The notes under the pieces: model-generated
Databases searched by the model: none
Told to the model about the DNA's origin: nothing
What the model saw: the letters and a program-made list of their open reading frames with translations, nothing else
Shown: positions 1 to 12,558 of the stretch, in pieces
Position numbering within the stretch: the first letter of the stretch is position 1
How the letters are laid out: the number at the start of each line of letters is the position of its first letter
NCBI GenBank assembly: GCA_964016885.1
Contig: OZ024743.1
Span: 53,692,001-53,756,000, forward strand
DNA from: Eledone cirrhosa
Lineage: Eukaryota
DNA: 64,000 nt
Direction: 5' to 3'
Position numbers and translations under genes: made by a program

Positions 1-122
1 AATACTTTTAGTTAGAACCCCGAACGCATAATTGGGAATATAATCACTTATTTCCTAATGTTTGTTGAGTGAGTTGGAACTTGGCCGGAGTATCGCTAAA
101 TAGCTTTCTCCGATATTGTATT

Positions 123-230
<108 letters not shown>

Positions 231-429
231 ATACTTGGGGAGGGTCATATTGTTGTAATAATATTGCCAGAATTAATAACAGAACACACTCACTGTTTGG
301 TTGGTTTTCGCTTCTGTATCTTTTATATCAATTAATTTATTCGGTCCTCAATGTTTACCATTGACTGACCAACAGTCAAAAATACAGATATAATATAGAC
401 ACAAACACACACACATATATATATATATA

Positions 430-470
430 CAAAGTTCTTTCGTTGCACATCTGCAACATCGTCAGTGGTG
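430..470 (-). ncRNA. Variant hammerhead-like motif in an inverted-repeat element (226-660)
   Basis: Minus strand CA-CTGACGA-T-GTTGCA(GATG)TGCAAC-GAAAGAACTT-TG. Homologous to 30402-30443 with a covarying stem II. Confidence 0.6.
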
Positions 471-663
471 CTATTATGTTTCCACCTGTTGTATTGTATG
501 TCTACGCCATCTTTACTTAATCTGTTTATAACTGATATAAAAGATACAGAAGCGAAAACTAACCAAACAGTGAGTTTGCAATATTATTGCAACAATATGA
601 CCCTCCCCAAGTATAACAATATGTTTCGACACGATTTCATACCAAAAACCTCGCAAAACCATA

Positions 664-730
<67 letters not shown>

Positions 731-983
731 TTTTCTTTATTAACCACAAGGGTTTACATAAAGTAGACATTAAGGACAGTACAGGACAATACAGGACAAT
801 ACAGGACGGTACAAATGGGCATTTCTGCGTGTAAAAAAAACAGAGGATGAAATAAAATAACAAAGAAAAATTCCCCAATAGGGGGGAGACTTCCGAGGGA
901 CATTTGTGGAGAAAGCCCATTAAAAGACCACAGTGGCCCTGACCACCAGGGCAAGTGCCCTCTCCCAGTTTTCCACCTTTAAT

Positions 984-2432
984 TTACAGACACATACTCA
1001 GAGAAGGCCCATTCATTCGGGCCATACTTGCTTCTCTCACCCATCTTTCAACAAAATGCTGGGAAGAGAGCACTTCCTTCTCTACCCTGATTTTCCTTTT
1101 CCGATGAAATTTGAAAAAGTTAATCAGGGCATCACCGAAGAGGTAAGTGCTCGTCTTCAGCCCTTTCAAACGTGTCCACCATACTATCTCTTTCGCCATG
1201 GCCACCAGACAGATAAAAACTGCCTGCCCTTCCCGGCTAAAGGAAGAGGGCGGGGCAATCCTCACGATGGACTCAGCTGATAGCTGGATCCGTCCTACAC
1301 GTGACAGCAGGTGTTCGACATAAACCCACAAGACAGCAATGCTCGGACACTGGACGAGTGCGTGCAGGACGGTTTCGTCGCCCTGTGCGCATCTCGGACA
1401 TGCCCGGCTGACGGCACCTCCATGCCTGTAAAGTTTATCCCGAACTGGCAAAGCACCCCGGTAGCACTGCCAGGCCAGGGATTTCTGGAAGTTGTCCATA
1501 GGCCCCGGCCCGAAAGTCCTTCCGAAGAGATTGGCTAGTTGATTTTCGTCGACGCCTAGAGTTTCTCCAAGTACGTCGTCGCTCTTCCCCTCCACTAATC
1601 CCCTATAGAACGCCAAGGTGGAGTTTCCACCGATTACATTGCCCGATTGGTCGAGGGCTGTGAGCGCCTGAAGACATTCCAGTCTCCAAGCGCTCTCTCT
1701 CGGTCTTCGCTTGACCCAGGACTGCAGCTCCGTCAAGGAGACGAGCTGGGGAAAAACGTGTCTAGCAAACGGCGACCACACCTGATCACCGTCGAGGAAG
1801 AGATGGAGATGTCGTAGCCTGAGCGCGTGTCTGCGCATCATCAGCCACGGCCTGCCCAGCCCTCCACGTAGCGGGTGTTGACAGCAGATGGACCGCCTGA
1901 CCATCGGAGCGCGTCCCTTCCACAAGAAGCGAAAGAGCAAACGCTCCAGCGCAGTCAGGCGGGGCTTAGGACAAGGTACGACGGTCAGGCGGTAGTAGAT
2001 GACGGACGCGATGTACGCGTTAGCCACCTCCGCTCGACCTTTCAGGGATAGCTTCCTCTCCGCCCATTTCTGGGTGAGAGAAGCCACCCTGCTCGTCACC
2101 TCGTCCCAGTTTTTGTCCGTCTGGAGGTCTGGACCGAACCAGACCCCTAGCAATTTAACCGGTCCGTCCGTCCAGCGCCCGACGACGCTGTTGGACGGCA
2201 TGGACCTGCCTCTCCAGGTGCCGAGCTGCAGGCCCACTGACTTTTCCTGGTTGATCATTGCTCCTGTCACCGCTTCGTATTCTCTTAGTGTAGTGCCGAT
2301 CGCCTCGATGTATTTGGCGTTCGACACCACTACGGTGACATCGTCGGCATATGCTGACACGGATCTTCCGCATCCTAGTTCGCGCGGGACCCCCCTCAAC
2401 GTCTCCAGTTTGTGCAGTAATGGCTCGAGAGT
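984..2432 (-). pseudogene. 5'-truncated ORF2 of the Tx1/L1 element (C-terminal RT half plus zf-RVT-like region)
   Basis: Begins mid-RT (LEPLL), contains AYADD, KLLGVWF, LSLKGR and CPRC...ETVLHALVQC. The endonuclease and N-terminal RT are missing. The remaining frame is open. Confidence 0.88.
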
Positions 2433-4046
2433 CAATACTTTTGTGGTGTAGGTGATGGTGGTGTTGGGGTTAATGATGGTGATGGTGTTGGTGTTTGGGT
2501 TGATGGGGTTGGTGATGCTGGTGTGGGTGGTGGCATATCTGTCCTAACTTTTTTGTTTGTTAATTTATTTGTTTCCCTCTGTATTTTGTTTTTGGAGGGG
2601 GAAGGAAGAGAATTTTTTCTTTTTTGGTTTCTTTTTTTTTTTCCGGATATCGTTTCCCACTCCTCGTCGTCACAATCTGTTTCCAGTTGTGATAGGCCGG
2701 GGAGTGGAAAATCTTCCACAGCCGTTAGTTTTGGTTGTGGCGTGGTGGATGGTGTAGGCGCTGGTGCTAGTTCTGAAGCGTTGGGTGGTGGTGGTGTTGG
2801 TTTTGCTGGTGGTGGTGGTGGTGTTGGTTTTGCTACTGTTGCTGGGGTTGTTGCTGTTATAGTTGCTTCTGTTGTTGCTGCTACAGTTGTTGCTGCCATC
2901 TCTGCTACTGGTGGTGTTGATGGTTGTGTCACTGGGGTGGGTAGGAGAGGTGGCCTCAACCTTTTAGCCTGAGGGCAGAAAGCCCTTAGGTGGGTTCCTT
3001 CACCACAAACGACACACCTAGGTTTTCTGCCCTCGACAATTACGGTGAGGTGGCTGCCGTCAGTGAGGTCTATTACCTCTGGGATCTCCTCAATGCTTTT
3101 TTGGTCCGCTTGGATCAGGAGCTCCATCCCAGATCCGGACCAGTTATCCTGCTTTTCTTTTGCTATTGCTATTATTTTTGTGTTGGCTTCGATGCCGGCG
3201 AGGACGGCCGCTATTAGCCAGGGAATTTCGATGGCCGGTGGAACGTGGGTCATCCTGATCTTTACGAGTCTCTGGCCACAATAGCTTGGGACGAGTGTGA
3301 AGTCGTCACTTCTTAATGGGGCCATGGAGTGTTCTCTAGCCTCCTCTGGTGTTTCAAAGAACACGTCCACGGTTCCATACTTTTGCCCACGTCTGATGTG
3401 GGTTTTTCTTGCCCACACATGTCCCAAAGCTTTTTGGATTTGGGACTCGGATGCCCGTTCCACTCGGCGCGATTTTACATTTATTGTTCGATACGACACG
3501 GTGCATAGGCGCCGATGCTCCATTTTATTAGGTGAGGGGGGGGGGGAGGCTGACCCTGTACCCATCTTTCTTTACCATTTGTTTGGCAGTTTCTAAATCC
3601 TCCTGAGTTACCGTAAATGCTTCGAACTGTTTTGCTACTTTGGCGAAACTGAGGATGGTTTTTATAATGTCATTGTTGTTGTTGTTGCTATCGTTATTTG
3701 TGTTAATATTAATTTTAGTTTCAGTTGTGGTGGTGGTGACGTCAGTCGTCTTTGGTGGGGAAGAGTCCATTTTGCTTGATTTCATTTCGACATCACGAGT
3801 TAATTTATTTTTTTCTTCTTTTGTTTCTGTTGTCGCGGTGGTGGTGGTGGTGGAGGCTTTACCACCTGCAGTCATTGGTAATGGCGGGAAATGAATGTCT
3901 GCCTGAGACAAATTTAAAATATTGCTACTGCTTATATTTTTTGTCGTGTTGGCAAACGTAGTAACATTTACAATGGTGGTGTCGGTGTGAGGTGTTAATT
4001 TGTGAGGAAGGCTTTCAGCTGCTTGGTGCAGAGGTGAATTAGCCAT
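2432..4046 (-). pseudogene. ORF1 (gag-like zinc-knuckle protein) of the Tx1/L1 element, split by a frameshift at a G/C homopolymer near 3535-3546
   Basis: ORFs 3528..4046 and 2432..3565 overlap at the homopolymer. CVVCGEGTHLRAFC is a C-x2-C-x4-H-x4-C knuckle, followed by a Pro/Thr-rich and basic C-terminal region. Confidence 0.75.
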
Positions 4047-4256
4047 TTTTTTTCAAAGAAATTTTTTGATAATAATAAAGGTTTAAATTTTGGGCACAAG
4101 GCCCCAATTTTTTTGGGTGTCCTTTTCGGAAAACAATGTATGTGCGCTTATATATGGTTAACAATAAAAAATTTTCCATAAATGGCAATTTTTAACAAAC
4201 GGAAATAACAAACCTTTGCGGAGCTCACGATGATACGATTTACTACGTAGGTCGCC

Positions 4257-4318
<62 letters not shown>

Positions 4319-4319
<1 letters not shown>

Positions 4320-5436
4320 TCTGAGATGGAATGTTGCTGAACAAAAAGAAATGGATAGGAAGACTAGGAAGCTATTGACTATCTACAACATGTTCCACAA
4401 GAGGAGTGATGTCGATAGACTCTACTTAAGGAGATCTGAAGATGGAAGAGGTTTATCAGCATAGAGGACTGTGTTCAGATGGTGAAAAACAACCTACACA
4501 AATACGTGACTGATAGTAAGGAGCCAATGCTCAGAACTGTACTGAAGGAGAGGACATTAGACCAGGGGATGTCCAAGGAGGAAATAACATCAAGGAGAAA
4601 GAGTAGCCTTCATGAAAAATTCCTTCATAGTACCTTCTTTGAGAAAACTGAATTCAGAGATCCACAGACATGGAACTGGTTGAAAAGAGGAGACCTTAAA
4701 AAGGCTACAGATGGAATGTTAATGGCTGCACAAGAGCAGGCCCTCAAAACGAAGTGGTTGAAACACAATATTTACAAGGAGGAGGCTAGCTCACTGTGCA
4801 GGATCTGTGGAGAGAGAGAGGAGACTGTGGCTCACATTGTATCCGAGTGTAAACACCTAGCCCAGACTCACTATAAGGGCTGGAGACATGATGTGATGGA
4901 CAAGGTGATCCACTGGCACCTATGCAAAGTAAACAATTTACCACATTCTGAGAAGTGGTATGAGCATAAGCCAGAGTCGGTGATAGAAAACGATCAGGTG
5001 AAGGTGCTGTGGGATTTTAGGATACAGACGGACAAGAAACTGGAACACAATAGACCTGACCTGGTGGTTTTGGACAAAGAAAAAAGATCGTGCCTGATTG
5101 TAGATGTGGCCTGCCCATTCGACACGAGAGTGCAAGGGAAGGAGAGGGAGAAAATTAACCGATACCAGGACTTAAAGTGGGAGGTAAAATGGATTTGGAA
5201 CTGCCATGAAGTCAAAGTGGTCCCGACTGTCATAGGTGCACTAGGTACTATCTCAAAAAGTTTCCAGGGAAATTGGCCCCGCCACGCTTTTTGGAACGCT
5301 TCAAAAGGCATGCTTGCTGGGAACAGCAAGAACCCTCCGATACGTCCTGAATATCTGAGGCTGCAGGTAGTGGCTTGATATTCATTTCAACAAACTTTCC
5401 AGTTAACTAACATCAATGACTGACACTCAAAGAACA
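4319..5436 (+). mobile_element. 5'-truncated R4/Dong-clade non-LTR retrotransposon with restriction-like endonuclease
   Basis: MDRKTRKLLT...DVDRLYL..GRGL (4320-4456), then CRICGEREETVAHIVSEC, RHD and RPDLVV...IVDVACPFD (PD-D/ExK-type) in ORF 4479..5378. (TAA)n on both sides. Confidence 0.85.
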
Positions 5437-5438
5437 AC

Positions 5439-5496
<58 letters not shown>

Positions 5497-5684
5497 TTGA
5501 AGGGTGAAAGCAGCGATTCTTTGCTTAAACTTTAATCTGTTATTTTATATATATATATATATATATATAAATGGAATAGAATGAAACGAAATTTCATTAC
5601 TCACTCTTAGTTCGGCACTTACTTAAATGTAAGTATGTATGTATACGTACATACATATATGTATACAGACGTACAGTAGCATGC

Positions 5685-5771
<87 letters not shown>

Positions 5772-5920
5772 CAGGCACACATATATATATGTACGTATCA
5801 GTTTACCGAACATTTATTATAATGTTCGCTTTGTTCGTTTGTAAACAAACGGACAGCCTGATTTACGCCGTACAGTGTTCAGGCAACCACGTCACCTTTT
5901 TGTTCAACACTGACACAGGA

Positions 5921-5963
5921 ACGATGTACTAGTTTCAAGCTTGTTAGCTATCGTCAGCACCGT
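5921..5963 (-). ncRNA. Minimal type I hammerhead ribozyme (inverted copy)
   Basis: Reverse complement of 6145-6187. Confidence 0.85.
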
Positions 5964-6144
5964 ATACCATTCTGCCAGATGGTTGACCGTTCGAAAGTAT
6001 ATACTTTCCTTATGAAAATTAACGGCGTTTTCGGTGCGCCTGGCCGACTGAACTCACTCGATATGCAAATTAGGCTGCTCAGCCGTTAATTTTCATAAGG
6101 AAAGTATATACTTTCGAACGTTCAACCATCTGGCAGAAAGGTAT

Positions 6145-6187
6145 ACGGTGCTGACGATAGCTAACAAGCTTGAAACTAGTACATCGT
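6145..6187 (+). ncRNA. Minimal type I hammerhead ribozyme
   Basis: ACGGTG-CTGACGA-T-AGC(TAACAA)GCT-T-GAAA-C-TA-G-TA-CATCGT: stem I ACGGTG/CATCGT, full core, palindromic stem III ACTAGT, GUA triplet (predicted cut after 6181). Confidence 0.85.
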
Positions 6188-6323
6188 TCCTGTGTCAGTG
6201 TTGAACAAAAAGGTGACGTGGTTGCCTGAACACTGTACGGCTGTCCGTTTGTTTACAAACCAACAAAGCGAACATTATAATAAATGTTCGGCAAACTGAT
6301 ACGTACTTATATATATGTGTGCC

Positions 6324-6393
<70 letters not shown>

Positions 6394-6449
6394 TGCTACT
6401 GTACGTCTGTATACATATATGTATGTACGTATACATACATACTTACATT

Positions 6450-6481
<32 letters not shown>

Positions 6482-6717
6482 CACATATATACATATGTAT
6501 ATATGTATAGAGAGATATATTTTAACTTTAATTATATCTCATAAAATAATACAACTGGCTTTCCACAAAATACATATAGTTAGCACCCCAAACACTTAAA
6601 TTGGGTTATACTAACATATAATCTAATGTTTGTTGAGTGAGATGGTTACCAGTCGGAGTTTAGCGTTAAGCTATCTCTGTTATTGTATTAATTAATAAAT
6701 ATATGTATATATATATA

Positions 6718-7241
6718 TGTAGGGTCCACAGTTGTTTGTAGTGGCCTTATTATACACGCCCTGACTTTTACAGGCAGCTAACTCTCACTAGCTACGCTGC
6801 CAATACGAAGGTAGTGCAGGCAATCAAGAATCCTACAGTGAGCTTTAAAGTCAATAAACAAAAGGGACGACGAAAACAATATGCAATTTAATGTAGGAGA
6901 ATTTCCTGCTAACAGCTCTCAGCCCACCACAACTAATATACTGCAAGAGAGGGATTCAGAAACAGGAGGGATTATTATATTGAGACCCCAACCTATCCTG
7001 TCCAAGTCAATACGTGACTTAGGAATAGATATGATGAATGTTGTGTCGTTTCATGTTCGTGTCAGCATTGATGTGTGGACGACTGACCGGGCGGATTTAG
7101 GGGTTCATTCAGCACAAGAGACCAAGAACCCATTTTGGTTATGTTGAGGACATTTGACCCCAGACACCATGAATATTGCTGCTCTCAACTATGGACACTG
7201 TTTAGTGTTGAATTTACTGCAGAACTTGTTGCATTTCAACA
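6718..7241. mobile_element. Possible solo LTR
   Basis: Unique block of about 520 bp that starts TGTAG and ends CAACA between microsatellites, with an internal AATAAA. No TSD, PBS or second copy seen. Confidence 0.25.
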
Positions 7242-7535
7242 ATGCTAGTGAAAGTTGCATGTATATATATATATCTATATGTCCGTGTGTCCGTTTCTCT
7301 AAGTGCTTGCATGTCTGTCTGCATGTATGTGTGTTTGTTTGTTTTTTTGTTTGTATGTATGTATGTATGTATGTATGTATGTATGTATTTATGTATGTAT
7401 GTATGAATGTCTGTCTGTCTGTCTGTATGTATGTATGTATGTATGTATGTATGCATGTCTGTATGTATGTATGTATATATGTATGTATGTATGAATGTCT
7501 GTGTGTTTGTTTGTTTGTATATATGTATGTATGTG

Positions 7536-7567
<32 letters not shown>

Positions 7568-7755
7568 TGTATGTATGTATGTATGTATGCATGTCTGTAT
7601 GTATGTATGTATGTATATATGTATGTATGAATGTCTGTGTTTGTTTGTTTGTATATATGTATGTATGTGTATATGTATATATGTATGTATATGTATGTGT
7701 ATATGTGTGTATGTATGTGCGTTTGTATGTATGTAAGTATGTATGTATGTATTAT

Positions 7756-8363
7756 GTCAGGTCACCAGTTGGTGCTACTGGTAACATGTATCCCACTACA
7801 ACCTGTCTCATGGTCGGGTCGTTGGCGACTAAACTGGCAACCCCACCAAGGTTTCTTGGTGAGGAGGGTGACTTTGGACATCCTGCAGGACTAAAAACAA
7901 AACCTGTCAAAGGGCAAAGGAGCTCTTAAGAGTCAATGGCCATCCAAAATCACCGGGAGAGATGATCCCTTAGCCTTTGTCAAGGCAGAATTCTAGGAGA
8001 AGGAAAACTCTGATATAATACCTGCAACCCTGATGGTATCCAATGATGTTGACTTGTTCTTCTTTTTGGTAAATATCATCTTGGTTAAGAGAGTGGGACT
8101 GGCTTTGTGCAATGCCTTTGCTCACTATAAAATCTTCACGGCACAGGCATTGCTTTATATCTGGATATCTCTCTGCACTTGTCATCACATGGTACCATGG
8201 GCCCAGCACTATGTGTCAATAATTGTCACAAGTGTAGTGTTTGTACCAGAGTTTTCAAGTCGCTGGCTGGACTAAACAGTCACACTCGTTCAGCGCATCG
8301 GTAGGGGTTCTCCTACATGGATATAAAGTAGTGGCCGTACTCGAAAACGAGTTGGCAGCCACC
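7756..8363 (+). mobile_element. Non-autonomous RTE-related SINE-like element in (TATG)n
   Basis: Contains TCTAGGAGAAGGAAAACTCTG (RTE 5' UTR-like) and ends GGCCGTACTCGAAAACGAGTTGGCAGCCACC plus (TATG)n. Homologous copies at 9661-10103, 49197-49607 (-) and 31966-32091 (-). Confidence 0.7.
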
Positions 8364-8980
8364 ATGTATGTATGTATGTATGATTGTATGGTTGTAGTAG
8401 TATGTTTGTATGTATATATATTTATGTATGTATGTACGTTTGAATGTATGTATGTTTTCTCTTTCTCTTAATTTCGAGTATATTTTTTTAACCGGCCACC
8501 TTCCTGGTGGCAAGGTTGTAAAAGAAAAGAAATTGTCATCCCTTGAATCGCAAGAATGTTTTGCATATTTTGAGTATGTATGTATGTATGTATGTATGTA
8601 TGTATGTATGTATGTATGTATGTATGTATGTATGTATGTATGTGTGTATGTATGTATGTGATGCAATGTGTTTGCGTGTGAAATATGTAGGTGTGTATGT
8701 ATATAAGAATGTATATATATATATATGCATGAAATATGTATGTATTTATGTGTCCATGCGTGTATATGTATGTATGCATTTATGTATGTATACATGTATG
8801 TACGTATGTATGCATGTATATGCATGTATATATCTATGTTATCTATGTATGTAAGCATATATATATGTATTCATGCATACATGTGTATGCATATGCGTAT
8901 GTATGTATGTATGTATGCATGTATGTATGCATGTATGTATGCATATGCGTATGAAGTTATATATATATATATATATATAT

Positions 8981-9170
8981 AGGAACGAGTAGGACCCCGA
9001 CGGCTGAGTTCAAGCCGTTTCGACGGCTAATTCTGGACTAAATTAGCCGTCGAAACGGCTTGAGCTCAGCCGTCGGGGTCCTACTCGTTCCTATTACCCA
9101 CTCTACTACCCTAAGTATTGAGTACTTTGGTGCGTTATGGTCCATCTGGTTCCTTACCACATTTGCTTCG

Positions 9171-9172
<2 letters not shown>
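8981..9172. mobile_element. (TA)n-embedded fold-back element (GCCGTCGAAACGGC family)
   Basis: Inverted arms 8981-9032 and 9041-9092 plus tail. Other copies at 31377-31438, 42669-43009, 44780-44863, 57059-57257 and 58885-58948. Confidence 0.75.
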
Positions 9173-9264
<92 letters not shown>

Positions 9265-9380
9265 TTATGTCTGTATGTATGTATGCATGCATATATGTAT
9301 GTATGTATGCATATATGTATGTATGTATCCATATAAGTATGTATATATGTATGTAAGTATGCATATATGTATATATATAT

Positions 9381-9426
<46 letters not shown>

Positions 9427-9547
9427 TGCATATTTACATACATATATATAGTTATATGGATACATACATACATATATGCATACATACATACATATATGCA
9501 TGCATACATACATACAGACATAAATATATACATACTTACATATATGG

Positions 9548-9579
<32 letters not shown>

Positions 9580-9660
9580 GTCTGTCTGTATGTATGTATG
9601 TATGTATGTATGTATGTATGTATGTATGTATGTATGTATGTATGTATGTATGTATGTATG

Positions 9661-10679
9661 CATGGGAGAGATGACCCCTTAGCCTTTGTCAAGGCAGAAT
9701 TCTAGGAGAAGGAAAACTCTGATATAACACCTCTGATATAACACCTCTGATATAACACCTGCAACTCTGATGGTATCCAATGATGTTGACGTGTTCTTCT
9801 TTTTGGTAAATATCATCTTGGTTAAGAGAGTGGGACTGGCTTTGTGCAGTGCCTTTGCTCACTATAAAAGCTTCACGGCACAGGCATTGCTTTATATCTG
9901 GAGATCTCCCTGCATTTGTCGTCACATGATACCATGGGCCCAGCACTAAGTGTCAATAATTGTCACAAGTGTAGTGTTTGTACCAGAGTTTTCAAGTCGC
10001 TGGCTGGACTAAAAAGTCACACTCTTTCAGCGCATCGGTAGGGGTTCTCCTACATGGATATAAAGTAGTGGCCATACTCGAAAACGAGTTGGCAGCCACC
10101 ATGTATGTATGTATGGTCAGGTCATCGGCTACTAAACCGGCAACCCCACCAAGTTTACTTGGTGAGGAGGGTGATTTTGGACACCCTGCAGGACAAAAAA
10201 CAAAACCTGACAAAAGGCGGAAGAATTTATAAAGGTCAACGGCCATCCAAAAGTGTGTAAATATGTATATACACATGTACATGTGTGTGTATATGTGTAT
10301 ATGCATGGGTGCATGTGTATGTATATGCGCGGGGACATAGAAATAGTCGGGCTGGACACCCGATCACGCGGTTAAACCACGGGGAGTGAAGGACCCCTAG
10401 CCTTTGTCAGGGCATTATTCTAGGAGAAGGCAACTCAGGAAACTGGGAAAACTCCAATATAAAACCTGCGGCTCAGTAGTTACCGATGATGTTGATATTT
10501 TCTTCTTTTCGGGTTATTGCTACTGTCGCCCAGAGAGTGGGATTGGCTCAGTGCACAGTCTTTCCTCACTTTAAAAAATATCTTCACACACAGGCATTGC
10601 ACGATAGCATTAATTAATAATTATTAATAATGGTATATCGTGCAATGGCCATACTCGATAACGAGGGGGCAGCCATCAT
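9661..10679 (+). mobile_element. Two adjacent RTE-related SINE-like copies (subfamily A 9661-10103; subfamily B about 10116-10679)
   Basis: Direct similarity to 7756-8363 and 28488-28857. The subfamily B 3' end matches the LINE terminus at 11621-11657. Confidence 0.7.
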
Positions 10680-10847
10680 GTATGTAAGTATGTATGTAAG
10701 TATGTATGTATGTATGTTATCTCTTTCTCTTAATTTCGAGTATATTTTTTTGACCGGCCACCTTCCTGGTGGCAAGGTTGTAAAAGAAAAGAAATTGTCA
10801 TCCCTTGAATCGCAAGTATGTATGTAAGTATGTATGTATGTATGTAT

Positions 10848-10879
<32 letters not shown>

Positions 10880-10917
10880 TGTATGTATGTATGTATGTAT
10901 GTATGTATGTATGTATG

Positions 10918-11431
10918 TGTTGAAGGCCTCTCTGAAAGACGCTAACATCTCTGCTGATACATGGGAAAATATTGCTGCTGATCGTAATAAATGGAGAAAG
11001 ACTGTATATGAGGGAAAAGTTGCCTTTGAGGCATCTCGAATCGCACACGAGAAAGTAAAGCGGGACGTGAGGAAGGGTATTGCTGTTGCACTTCCAGACG
11101 GCGAGGGTCCTCCTATGTTTCTGACATGCAGCGTCTGTGCGAGACTCTGCCTAAGCAAAGCTGGACTCGAAAGTCATCTTCGCAGTCATAAAGTAAGACC
11201 AGTGGTTGACTACCAGGCTGCTGTTGGAGATGCTACTCATCATGCTTGCCAAACATGTGGTAGAGAATGTAAATCAGCAGGAGGACTCAAGCGACATGCA
11301 AAAGTACACGAACTCCAACCACAGCCGACTATTCCCAGTAAATGTTTTGGTTGCCGACTCTGTGCAAGACATTTTGGATCATTGGCTGGGCTAAAAAGCC
11401 ACATTCGATCGCAGCACTGTTAGTTGCTATC

Positions 11432-11469
<38 letters not shown>

Positions 11470-11548
11470 GCTTATGTGCGTGCGTGTGTGTGTATATATA
11501 TATGAATATGTATATTATTATTGTTGTTGTCGTTATTATTATTATTGC

Positions 11549-11600
<52 letters not shown>

Positions 11601-11660
11601 TTTTTTTTTTTTTTTTATTGTGCAATGGCCATACTCGATAACGAGGGGGCAGCCATCATC
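10918..11660 (+). mobile_element. 3' end of an RTE-clade LINE with C-terminal C2H2 zinc fingers
   Basis: LKASLK...WENIAADRNKWR is an RTE C-terminal motif. Three C2H2-type fingers follow, stop at 11421-11423, microsatellite-filled 3' UTR, terminal TGCAATGGCCATACTCGATAACGAGGGGGCAGCCATC, then (TATG)n. Confidence 0.8.
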
Positions 11661-11782
11661 ATGTGTGTAAGTATGTATGTAAGTATGTTTGTACGTATGT
11701 ATGTATGTAAGTACGTACGTATGTATGTATGTATGTATGTATGTATGTATGTATGTATGTATGTATGTATGTATGTATGTAT

Positions 11783-11823
<41 letters not shown>

Positions 11824-11844
11824 GTATGTATGTATGCATGTATG

Positions 11845-11875
<31 letters not shown>

Positions 11876-11888
11876 GTATGTAAGTATG

Positions 11889-11919
<31 letters not shown>

Positions 11920-11944
11920 GTATGTATGTACGTATGTATGTATG

Positions 11945-11975
<31 letters not shown>

Positions 11976-12028
11976 GTATGTACGTATGTATGTATGTAAG
12001 TATGTATGTATGTAAGTATGTATGTATG

Positions 12029-12059
<31 letters not shown>

Positions 12060-12507
12060 GTATGTAAGTATGTATGTATTATATGTATGTATGTATGTAT
12101 GTAAGTATGTACGTATGTATGTATGTAAGTATGTATGTATGTATGTATGTAAGTATGTATGTATGTATGTATGTATAGATGGTTGTAAGAACGCGTGTGC
12201 GTTGCATCTGTACAATATCGAATGAAGCTGTGTGCGTGTGTGCACTTATATAACCGCTGTAAAACTGGAGGTTGTATCGTATTACTTGTGTAAATGTATT
12301 TTAACATGTGTGTGTGTGTGTTACTGCGCACGATTGCTGTATGTATGTGTGTGTTTGTGTATGTGATACTGCACAGGAACGTGGTGTGTGTGTTTTGTGT
12401 GTGTGTGTGTGTGTGTGTGCACTTCAATGTTATGTTTGTGTGTGTGTGTGTTACTGCGCACGATTGCTGTATGTATGTGTGTGTTTGTGTATGTGATACT
12501 GCACAGG

Positions 12508-12558
<51 letters not shown>

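Larger units (their letters stand above)
730..4256 (-). mobile_element. Tx1/L1-clade non-LTR retrotransposon, both ends present, internally deleted, inserted in (TAA)n
   Basis: ORF1 with a CCHC knuckle, ORF2 C-terminal half with AYADD and a C-terminal Cys/His motif, AATAAA just before the 3' (ATT)n. (AAT)n on both flanks (672-729 and 4257-4318). Confidence 0.88.
5570..6450. mobile_element. Large inverted-repeat Penelope-like (pLTR-type) element with two hammerheads
   Basis: Near-perfect inverted arms at about 5625-6026 and 6082-6450 around a 55-bp spacer. A related tail copy lies at about 35990-36375. Confidence 0.75.

Noticed and set aside
10818-11423. Host C2H2 zinc-finger gene
   Set aside because: The N-terminus is (TATG)n, and the RTE C-terminal motif and 3' terminus mark it as a LINE fragment.
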